From: Myxococcota bacterium
GTDB taxonomy: Bacteria; Myxococcota; XYA12-FULL-58-9; JABJBS01
Direction: 5' to 3'
Length of the DNA: 28,226 nucleotides
Assembly (NCBI GenBank): GCA_036339465.1
Contig: JAYZAY010000055.1
Coordinates: 1 to 28,226 of the forward strand
The notes under the pieces are model-generated. The model was given only the letters and a program-made list of their open reading frames with translations, was not told the origin of the DNA and searched no databases. A program made the position numbers and the translations under genes. Each line of letters opens with the position of its first letter. Position 1 is the first letter of the stretch. Below are positions 8,488 through 15,991 of the stretch, piece after piece.

Positions 8488-10031
8488 ATCACCTACTAGA
8501 AATAATCATTGCAGCACCCTTCGTGGCTGCCCTTGTCATTCTGGCACTCCCGTCAGAGCAAACCATGAACATGCGAATCGTTGCCCTCTTAGGAGCCGGC
8601 GTGTCATTGGTCGGTTCTGTGGTGGTGGCTTTTCAATACGATATGGGTGTGGGGGGAGTGCAAATGCTCAACAGCTATCCCATCGTGCCCTCCCTGGGCA
8701 TCAATCTCACCCTAGGCGTGGATGGTTGGGGCGTGAGTCTCCTTTTGCTTACGGGGCTCATTATCTTCACCGGAGTCTTCGCCAGCTGGACCTTAACAGA
8801 CCGGGTCAAAGAATTTCACGTTTTTCTCCTGGTTTTGGTGGCCGGCGTCTTTGGAGTCTTCGTCTCTTTGGACCTCTTCATTTTCTTTCTCTTCTACGAA
8901 ATCGCCGTGCTACCCATGTATCTTTTAATCGGTATCTGGGGGTCCTCTCACAAAGTGGCGGAAGCGGGCCCCTTTCGTTTCGTTTGGAGAATGCTCGACA
9001 TCGGCGGCAAAGAATACGCCGCCATGAAACTAACCCTCATGCTCTTGGTGGGTTCGGCCCTGATCATTGCTGCCATGATAGCAATGTATCTCGAGGCCAA
9101 CCTCACGAGCTTCGATATGCTTCGATTAGAGAATGTCACTTTCAGTCACAGCCTTCAATTTTGGGCTTTCCCTTTTCTCTGGATTGGCTTTGGCACCCTG
9201 GGAGGGGTCTGGCCTTTTCACACTTGGTCACCCGATGGCCATGCCTCAGCCCCCACCGCAGTTTCCATGCTTCACGCCGGGGTCCTTATGAAACTTGGTG
9301 CCTTCGGGGTAATCCGAGTGGGCATGATGCTCTTGCCGGAAGGCGCTCAGGAGTGGGTCTGGCTGGTAGGAGGCATAGCTGCCATCAACGTCATTTACGG
9401 CGCATTGGGCGCTCTCTGGCAAAAAGACCTCAAATATGTGGTCGCCTACAGCTCCGTGAGCCACATGGGTCTGGTGATGTTGGGGGCCGCCACCTTGAGT
9501 GTGGCAGGATGGAACGGCGCCATCTACCAGATGTTTGCCCACGGATTAATGACAGGACTTCTCTTCGCCCTAGTGGGCATCGTTTACGATCGAGCCGACC
9601 ATACCCGCCACATTCCCGACTTTGGTGGATTTGGGCGCAAAATGCCGGGGGTGGCCGTCTTCTTTACCATCGCTTGTCTCAGCAGTCTGGGGATGCCTGG
9701 CTTTGCGGGATTCGTAGCAGAATGGTTGGTGTTTTTAGGAGCCTGGACCGGCCAACAGTTCTGGTGGGCCATGATCGGAATCGTCGGTGCATGGGTCACG
9801 GCCATCTATATCCTTCGCGTTTCTAAGAATATATTCTGGGGACCCGGTCCCTCCGATCGATGGAAAAACATCAGCGATGCTCGTGGCCAGGAATGGTTCC
9901 CACTTTGGGTGCTGGGCGGAGGCCTCATCGTTTTTGGGATCTGGCCCAACCTGATTCTAGACTTTATTGATTTGGCAACATCCACCTACCTTCCCTCGGT
10001 GACCAGCCTTGCCATGGAGGTACACCCATGA
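8484..10031 (+). CDS. nuoM: NADH-quinone oxidoreductase subunit M (515 aa; start corrected from the ORF track)
   Basis: ATG at 8484 overlaps the nuoL stop (ATGA). FYEIAVLPMYLLIGIWG, PFHTWSPDGHASAPT, KYVVAYSSVSHMG, QMFAHG, LGMPGFAGFVAE. Confidence 0.96.
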   Translation: MNHLLEIIIAAPFVAALVILALPSEQTMNMRIVALLGAGVSLVGSVVVAFQYDMGVGGVQMLNSYPIVPSLGINLTLGVDGWGVSLLLLTGLIIFTGVFASWTLTDRVKEFHVFLLVLVAGVFGVFVSLDLFIFFLFYEIAVLPMYLLIGIWGSSHKVAEAGPFRFVWRMLDIGGKEYAAMKLTLMLLVGSALIIAAMIAMYLEANLTSFDMLRLENVTFSHSLQFWAFPFLWIGFGTLGGVWPFHTWSPDGHASAPTAVSMLHAGVLMKLGAFGVIRVGMMLLPEGAQEWVWLVGGIAAINVIYGALGALWQKDLKYVVAYSSVSHMGLVMLGAATLSVAGWNGAIYQMFAHGLMTGLLFALVGIVYDRADHTRHIPDFGGFGRKMPGVAVFFTIACLSSLGMPGFAGFVAEWLVFLGAWTGQQFWWAMIGIVGAWVTAIYILRVSKNIFWGPGPSDRWKNISDARGQEWFPLWVLGGGLIVFGIWPNLILDFIDLATSTYLPSVTSLAMEVHP

Positions 10032-11563
10032 GTTCTTTGGCCTGGTTAACGGGTATGCATGTTCTCAACATCGAAGTAATGTTGGCCATCTGCGCGTTGG
10101 TTCTACTGCTCGCAGACATCATCATGCCCCACGGCGACAAAAAGGTCCTCGGCTGGGTTGCTGCAGCGGAGTTGTTACTCTGCCTCGTGGCCACTTTTGT
10201 TCTTGATCTGCAGGGCAGTGCACTTTCCGAAGCCTATTTCGGCGACCCCATGGCCGTCTTTTTTAAACGTCTTTTTCTCGTGAGTGGACTCGTCGCTATC
10301 CTCGGCTCCATGGAGCACATCGCTCAGATCGCCCCGCGCCGGCAAGGAGAATACTATATGCTCTTGCTCTTTAGCATCACCGGCATGTGCTTATTGGCGG
10401 GGGCAAGAAATCTCGTGCTGCTTTTGGTGGCCTTTGAATTCATGAGCATTCCCCTCTATGTCATGGCGGCCTATGCCAAAACCGGACCAGAATTCGAAAC
10501 CACCCAACACCGAAACAAACCCAAGTGGACCGAACCCGCCGAAGGTGCGTTCAAGCTCTTTATCATTGCCGCCGTAAGCGCCGGTATTACCGTCTATGGC
10601 CTCAGCTTGGTCTATGGGGCGACTGGCTCCACCGATATCAAGATGATTCGTGAGGCTTCCTCTTCACCGCTCTTCTCTTTGGGACTCGTGATGTTATTGG
10701 TGGGTTTTGGCTTCAAGCTAGGAGCCGCGCCCTTTCACATGTGGGTGCCCGATACCTATCAAGGTGCTCCTACTCCCTTCGTCTCCTTTCTTAGCGCCGC
10801 CCCAAAAGCCGCCGCCATCGCTGCCTTGGCACAAATTCTCCTCGGTGGTGCCCTCACCCACAGCTCAAAATGGACACCCTTGCTCTTAGTCGTCATTGTG
10901 GGCTCTCTCCTTTTGGGAAATACCTTGGCCCTTGTACAGAGCAATACCAAGCGACTCCTCGCATTCTCCGGCGTGGCTCAAATTGGTTTTCCGCTGATGG
11001 CCTTGGTAGCGGTCACTCCCACCGGTGTCGCCAGCGGCCAAACCGAAGGACTCGCCGCCGGACTCTTCTATCTAGCAGCCTATGTCGTGGCCAACATGGG
11101 CCTCTTTCTGGTCATCGAAGTACTTGAAACCGCCCAACCCCATCGAACCTTCGCCCAACAAGATATGAACGTCCTCTCCACCTTCGCTGGCCTGGGTAAG
11201 AGAGCACCGGGCTTAGCCATGGCCGCCTTACTCTTTCTGCTCAGTTTGGCGGGGATCCCTTTCGTGGTGGGTTTTTGGGCCAAGCTCTATGTATTCTTGG
11301 CGGTTTGGCAAGCCGGCTATGGCTGGTTGGTGGTCTTGGGTGCAGTGCTCTCGGTGGTGGGTTTGTTTTACTACCTACGAATCGCTCGCGCCATATACAT
11401 GGACCACGAGCCAGAAAGAACGAAACCCCTCAGCACCCCTACGACCATAAGCATCGCCATTGGTTTTTGCCTCGCGGCCACAGTCATCACCGGCCTCTAT
11501 CCCAATCCCCTCATCGAAGCAGCCCGGCAAGCAGCGCAGGCCTTCTTGCTATCGGGTGGTTAA
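10028..11563 (+). CDS. nuoN: NADH-quinone oxidoreductase subunit N
   Basis: GEYY, FEFMSIPLY, FKLGAAPFHMWVPDTYQGAPTP, KRLLAFSG, LSLAGIPF..GFWAK, YYLRI; GGAGG RBS; ATGA overlap with nuoM. Confidence 0.97.
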   Translation: MSSLAWLTGMHVLNIEVMLAICALVLLLADIIMPHGDKKVLGWVAAAELLLCLVATFVLDLQGSALSEAYFGDPMAVFFKRLFLVSGLVAILGSMEHIAQIAPRRQGEYYMLLLFSITGMCLLAGARNLVLLLVAFEFMSIPLYVMAAYAKTGPEFETTQHRNKPKWTEPAEGAFKLFIIAAVSAGITVYGLSLVYGATGSTDIKMIREASSSPLFSLGLVMLLVGFGFKLGAAPFHMWVPDTYQGAPTPFVSFLSAAPKAAAIAALAQILLGGALTHSSKWTPLLLVVIVGSLLLGNTLALVQSNTKRLLAFSGVAQIGFPLMALVAVTPTGVASGQTEGLAAGLFYLAAYVVANMGLFLVIEVLETAQPHRTFAQQDMNVLSTFAGLGKRAPGLAMAALLFLLSLAGIPFVVGFWAKLYVFLAVWQAGYGWLVVLGAVLSVVGLFYYLRIARAIYMDHEPERTKPLSTPTTISIAIGFCLAATVITGLYPNPLIEAARQAAQAFLLSGG

Positions 11564-11607
11564 GACCGAACGAAACCTTCTGGCCCAACAAATTACCCAT
11601 TCAGTCA

Positions 11608-11646
11608 CCATGGACGAGCCACAACCAAACCACGGTCGTGCCATGG
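11608..11646. repeat. Imperfect inverted repeat between the convergent nuoN and phosphatase genes (possible 3' stem-loop)
   Basis: CCATGGACGAGCC...GGTCGTGCCATGG. No U-tract on either side, so it is not a canonical intrinsic terminator. Confidence 0.3.
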
Positions 11647-11813
11647 CCAAAGATTCAGCCCCAATAAAATAGCCACTGACATTGAAAGCTATTAAGGGTT
11701 TCATGACTCCTTAGAAGCCAGTCTCTATATTCTCATGGAAAACTCAGCGCGACTGCTGATTTTTTTGATAGATTGTTCGAACTTTATTGGGTGGGTGAAT
11801 ACCAAGCCCTGAT

Positions 11814-13223
11814 TTAGGCAGCGATAGCGTCTCTTACTTCGACTTCCCGAAATAGCCGATTAAGGTCCTGTTTAAGAACTTTAAAGAGAGCCTTCTTTTG
11901 GGAGTCATCTGCAAAATCAATATCGCAGAATTTTCGAATACATGCAGTACCCACATCCCGAGCCTTATCGGATTCAATGATGCCCTCTTTCAGGGCAATT
12001 CGAGCTGCTTCGGCGTAGTTTTCGAAAACCCAAACCCCCTTCTTTGCCAATCGACGTTTTCTCATATCCGACATCCCCGTGACATTGTGGATAAAGACCC
12101 CCAACATCTGATCAGGGTGTTTTTCGAGCATCTCTAAGCCAACTTCCGTATCTTTTTGACCACTATCACCCACAAAGGTAAACTTTCCTTCGGGGTAGAG
12201 GCGGAGGTTGTTCTCAAAATTACTAAATTTCTTCGTTCCAATTCGCGATTCAGGAAACAAATGACAGAAGTCTCCGTAAAGTATCGTCGCAGAGGCGAGT
12301 CCCGATTTCTCCAGAGAATTACGAGTGTAATGGTCCATCAATCCAAAACCATCTTTCGGTCGCGCCGTCAGAAATGCAACCCCCAGGCTCTTGCCTAGGT
12401 CTTCCATGTCCGTTCGCCGTAAGGCCTGAATAAACTGCCCACTGCCCGGATAGATCGTCGATTTGGGATAACGGGTATCTTTCCAACCACAACACACCGT
12501 ATCATCAATATCTGCAAACACCCGTTGTTCGAGTACGTCGGTTTTCGGTTTGATTGATTCGATTTTTGCAATCGCCGTTTCTGTATTTGAGGTCCCGACG
12601 ACATGGCCCAGAATAACATTCAAACTCTTACCGATAAATCGTTTATCTAAGCACGCTTTAAACTCCCGCACATTGTCTGCATCAAGAGTTAAAATCAGTT
12701 CCAGAGCGAGTTTGGGTTTCCTGCAATAACTCTTGTCATACATGGTCTTGAAAACTCGAGATTTGACCTCAGGGGTCAATTCGCTTGCTCGGGCCTTAAG
12801 CACGGTCAAGCGCTCTGTCACAGTGCTCACCCAACAGGAATTTCCACTTTCCCGGAGAAGATTCACCATGTGAGCACGCTTCAACACCGTATTCAGGCTT
12901 GTCGAATCCAGAGTCGCTAGAATCTCGGTAATGGCAGCATCGTTGTTTGACCTATTATTTGTAGCAATAAGCCTCAAGAGAATTTTCTCTTCGTTGGAAA
13001 GGGTATTTTTCGGCTGGTCGAATCCTAGCGGCGGTAAGACGATCCCCTGAATTGCATCTGGATCTCCCAACTTATTCAAACCAAGATCCGTGGGTAGAAT
13101 TGTCAGGGGCTCGGTTTGTTTGGGCTCTATATTCAGCACTTTCTCTGCCTTCTTCGTGGAGGCAAGAATAGGTGCCGGCAAAATGAGTGGACTAAGGCCA
13201 ATTGCTCCAGAGGTTTTCACCAT
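11814..13223 (-). CDS. App1/DUF2183-like HAD-superfamily (phosphatidate phosphatase-like) protein with an unassigned N-terminal helical domain, 469 aa
   Basis: VFADIDDTV (DxDxT, 12498-12512), FLTARP, a conserved Lys region (GTKKFSNF) and FVGDSGQKD (GDSGQKD at 12150-12170); CAGGAG RBS before the ATG. Confidence 0.75.
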   Translation of the reverse strand: MVKTSGAIGLSPLILPAPILASTKKAEKVLNIEPKQTEPLTILPTDLGLNKLGDPDAIQGIVLPPLGFDQPKNTLSNEEKILLRLIATNNRSNNDAAITEILATLDSTSLNTVLKRAHMVNLLRESGNSCWVSTVTERLTVLKARASELTPEVKSRVFKTMYDKSYCRKPKLALELILTLDADNVREFKACLDKRFIGKSLNVILGHVVGTSNTETAIAKIESIKPKTDVLEQRVFADIDDTVCCGWKDTRYPKSTIYPGSGQFIQALRRTDMEDLGKSLGVAFLTARPKDGFGLMDHYTRNSLEKSGLASATILYGDFCHLFPESRIGTKKFSNFENNLRLYPEGKFTFVGDSGQKDTEVGLEMLEKHPDQMLGVFIHNVTGMSDMRKRRLAKKGVWVFENYAEAARIALKEGIIESDKARDVGTACIRKFCDIDFADDSQKKALFKVLKQDLNRLFREVEVRDAIAA

Positions 13224-13254
13224 CAGCTCCTGAAAAAGGGGTATTCAAGGATGG

Positions 13255-13281
13255 ATATCGGCGCTGAAACGGAGGTGTTGC
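13255..13281 (-). promoter_or_regulatory. Putative alternative-sigma promoter GCAAC-N14-GCCGATAT (copy 1)
   Basis: Minus strand GCAAC acctccgtttcagc GCCGATAT, ending 31 nt before the ATG at 13223; the same motif and spacing precede the next two genes. Confidence 0.7.
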
Positions 13282-13536
13282 TTGTTTTTGGAAAAATGGA
13301 CCCAAATTGACAAAAAAGAAATTAAGGAGATAAAAAAAAGGCACCCAACTCATTCTCTAACCCGTCTAGGGAGTCAAACAACCCCAGCAGACACCTCGCG
13401 AATAAAATCCAGCTGTGTATCCAAAAAAATCGTGGGGTGGAGTACTCGATAATAATGCAATGCCCCTATCAGACAAGTATCAAATCTGGGCTAGCGAATC
13501 TAAGGTCCTAGAGTAATTCCATGCTTGTGGCTAAAT

Positions 13537-15441
13537 CTACGCCCTCTGCATTGCAGACAACTGCGGAAGCACTGGGGGGAAGATCTCGGGTGCCTCTTTC
13601 AACATCCCGATTCTTTCGAGTTTCCCCCTTTGTTCTGGAGAGAGAATTCCCCTTTTCGAAGCTTCTTTCTGCATGGAAATCCAGCTTCGAAGAGCCGCAT
13701 GTTGACCGTCGTTTCGCGAAACCTTCACATCACCATAATCTTGCTTATATACGCGCAATGAATGGTACATGAAATTCCACTGTTCGGGGCTCACGGATTG
13801 GTGAAGCTCGAAACTCTTCTTCAATATTCGGTTCTTCGCAAATGAAAGACCAATGCAAGAAATAATGGTAAAGATCATAGCGGGGATGAAAATCATATTG
13901 AGACCGGGAACAAACGTTGCCGCAGCCATGGCCGCGCTTCCAATCACGAGACCCGCTGTCTTTGCCACACTCACCGCCTTCGCCGATATAGGCACTTTGG
14001 ATGTCGGACTCTTCAGGTCTTTGTAGGTTTCGTAGGCACTGGCTCCGATGGCCAAAGCCTGAAGTGCTGGAAAGACGTAGCTAAGGGCTGTGGCAATAGG
14101 CGCCAACCCCTTGGCGACAGTCCGTCCTAAAACTCCAAAGATCCTCCCCATCACCCCCACAGCCATCCCTCCCACCGACAAGGTTGTTAGAGCCATTTGA
14201 ACTTTGTTATTGGCTTGGAGTTTTTCCCATTTCTCAACCACATCCAGTTTTGACTTTTTCAACGCAGATTTTGGAATCTTTCCCAAAAGAAACTGGTCGA
14301 AACGTGTTTTTTCGTCATGGAGTTTGTCCCAAGTATGGCTGAGTTTCGCACTGATTTCTTCATCCTCCGGATGCTCCATCTTAAGGCACTGCAATTGAAC
14401 CAAATTGCGAGAATACATCTGGAGATTTTCTTTGTCGGGATATTGATTGAAAAGTTTGATAAATACCTTGTCTCTTTTCGGATCATCTTGCGACTGCGAA
14501 AGCCAATGCTGAAGGGCCAAATGGTCCGGAACAATGTCGCCCTTATGGGATTTCTGATGTAAATACATTCCCAAGGCCACCACAGGAACCAGGCCAGTCC
14601 ACACGGCAGCAGTAGCAATGGCCACGGTGTGGGCGGAAATGCCAGTCATGCGCCCCACACAGCGGGCAAAATTTGCAAAATCATGGCCGACGGAAGCTTC
14701 ATGGGCCAAGGTTGCGTTATCCATGAGAGCCGCGGTAATTGGGTAGCCTGAACTCATGAGATGCTGAGTCAATCCGCAGGCAAGTAAAGCATAACCTGCT
14801 GCAGGATGACTGTCTTTGAGTTTCATGCCACCGATAACCGCGAGCGAATTCAATGCGAGACCGGGCAAAGATCCCGAAAGAGAAATCCAAGCGCTCATAC
14901 CATCCGCTCCCATGGCTTCACCCAGGGCGTTTGGCTCTCCACCACGCACCCAAGCTTTGCCGAGGGCACCATCGTCACCCACATCATGGGCACCGAGTAA
15001 TCGACCGAGGGCTTTCATAGCTTCACTAAAGTTTTCAGCGTCGCCGATAGCCTCAGCATTGTCCCAACCGTCCACTTGAAAACGTGGTTCACGGCCAGGC
15101 GCATAATCGTGAAGGAGGTGCCCCCCTAGATAACCATGACCCACAACTTCGTGGAGTGACGTGTCCACACCCGTGGTCGTCATGAGCACAGCAGTGCCTA
15201 CGCCGGAAACAGCGCCGATGGTGGGTCGGATGAAACCGAATTTAGGGTTCAGGGGAACGCCACGTCGTGCATCTAAACGACTCGTATCAACAAGATCCCG
15301 ACGAAACCCAGGATCTCGAGCCAAGTCACACTCAGAACCCCAAGATTCATTTGATTCAATGGCGCTAGGTCTAGGTGCAACCTTTGCACCCCTCTTGGCG
15401 TTCCTGATGAGATTGGAATTAATCGGTGAAATAGTCGTCAT
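13537..15441 (-). CDS. Orphan polytopic membrane protein, 634 aa: M50B-like zinc-protease motifs, hydrophobic hairpins and a C-terminal helicase-associated (HA)-like domain
   Basis: Likely start is ATG 15441 (MTTISPINSN) after AGAGG. LHEVVGH at 15136-15153, ISLSGSL, GHDF at 14677-14688; C-terminal WNFMYHSLRVYKQDYGDVKV...LRSWISMQK...GILSPEQRGKLERIGM at 13603-13779. Confidence 0.7.
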   Translation of the reverse strand: MTTISPINSNLIRNAKRGAKVAPRPSAIESNESWGSECDLARDPGFRRDLVDTSRLDARRGVPLNPKFGFIRPTIGAVSGVGTAVLMTTTGVDTSLHEVVGHGYLGGHLLHDYAPGREPRFQVDGWDNAEAIGDAENFSEAMKALGRLLGAHDVGDDGALGKAWVRGGEPNALGEAMGADGMSAWISLSGSLPGLALNSLAVIGGMKLKDSHPAAGYALLACGLTQHLMSSGYPITAALMDNATLAHEASVGHDFANFARCVGRMTGISAHTVAIATAAVWTGLVPVVALGMYLHQKSHKGDIVPDHLALQHWLSQSQDDPKRDKVFIKLFNQYPDKENLQMYSRNLVQLQCLKMEHPEDEEISAKLSHTWDKLHDEKTRFDQFLLGKIPKSALKKSKLDVVEKWEKLQANNKVQMALTTLSVGGMAVGVMGRIFGVLGRTVAKGLAPIATALSYVFPALQALAIGASAYETYKDLKSPTSKVPISAKAVSVAKTAGLVIGSAAMAAATFVPGLNMIFIPAMIFTIISCIGLSFAKNRILKKSFELHQSVSPEQWNFMYHSLRVYKQDYGDVKVSRNDGQHAALRSWISMQKEASKRGILSPEQRGKLERIGMLKEAPEIFPPVLPQLSAMQRA

Positions 15442-15470
15442 TGACTTGCCTCTTGTTGTTTCCTGATAGA

Positions 15471-15497
15471 TTTTCGGCAACAAACGGCATCGGTTGC
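15471..15497 (-). promoter_or_regulatory. Putative alternative-sigma promoter GCAAC-N14-GCCGAAAA (copy 2)
   Basis: Minus strand GCAAC cgatgccgtttgtt GCCGAAAA(TCT), ending 29 nt before ATG 15441. Confidence 0.7.
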
Positions 15498-15530
15498 CTA
15501 CGCCTTTCCTTAATGATGAAAGAAAATCGG

Positions 15531-15545
15531 TGACTCAATGAGTCA
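15531..15545. promoter_or_regulatory. Perfect 7-1-7 palindrome, possible operator
   Basis: TGACTCA-A-TGAGTCA, 33 nt upstream (minus-strand sense) of the GCAAC element of motif copy 2. Confidence 0.4.
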
Positions 15546-15596
15546 TTCTAGGGTGCCTGAATCGGCGAAGAAACAGAGAGCTTCTGAGATAAGCCT

Positions 15597-15926
15597 CTAC
15601 TTAACATTGACGAATTGAAGTTCACTTGAATGAACATAGTACTTCGCATCAAAATTAACGTTTTTTCCCTCAGAATTGATGCCTGTAGCTTCCACACCAA
15701 CATAGCCATAGTGGTTGTAGATGGCTCTTTCACTGGTGGGATGCCATTCAGTGGACAGAGTCGACAGCATCACCCGAATGTTCGTCAGTCCTGGCACCTT
15801 AGCCTTAAATAGAGTAACCGCGTCGTTCTTAATTTTGGTTTCAAGAGCCGGATCAGGATTGGTGCCCGTAGTACCGATGGTGCCGTCAAGAATTGGATTG
15901 CTGCGAATGCTTGCTGAAAAGTTCAT
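15597..15926 (-). CDS. Small orphan protein, 109 aa (predicted helix followed by beta strands)
   Basis: ATG at 15926 follows a very strong RBS (GGGAGGAGG) and motif copy 3; no signal peptide or TM segment. Confidence 0.75.
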   Translation of the reverse strand: MNFSASIRSNPILDGTIGTTGTNPDPALETKIKNDAVTLFKAKVPGLTNIRVMLSTLSTEWHPTSERAIYNHYGYVGVEATGINSEGKNVNFDAKYYVHSSELQFVNVK

Positions 15927-15964
15927 GGTATCCTCCTCCCGAGAAGTCGAATGAGCAACGAAGA

Positions 15965-15991
15965 TTTTCGGCCTCATGCAATTTTTGTTGC
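15965..15991 (-). promoter_or_regulatory. Putative alternative-sigma promoter GCAAC-N14-GCCGAAAA (copy 3)
   Basis: Minus strand GCAAC aaaaattgcatgag GCCGAAAA(TCT), ending 38 nt before ATG 15926. Confidence 0.7.

Noticed and set aside
8726..9826. 366-aa alternative-frame ORF inside nuoM, and other long overlapping ORFs (67-726, 7371-7880, 4318-4794)
   Set aside because: Arg/Ser/Pro-rich shadow frames of well-supported genes, with no motifs or RBS.
13300..13530. Possible riboswitch, ncRNA or terminator between the phosphatase and protease-HA genes (minus-strand U-tract near 13332-13339)
   Set aside because: No strong stem directly precedes the U-tract and I recognised no aptamer consensus; an Infernal/Rfam scan would be needed.
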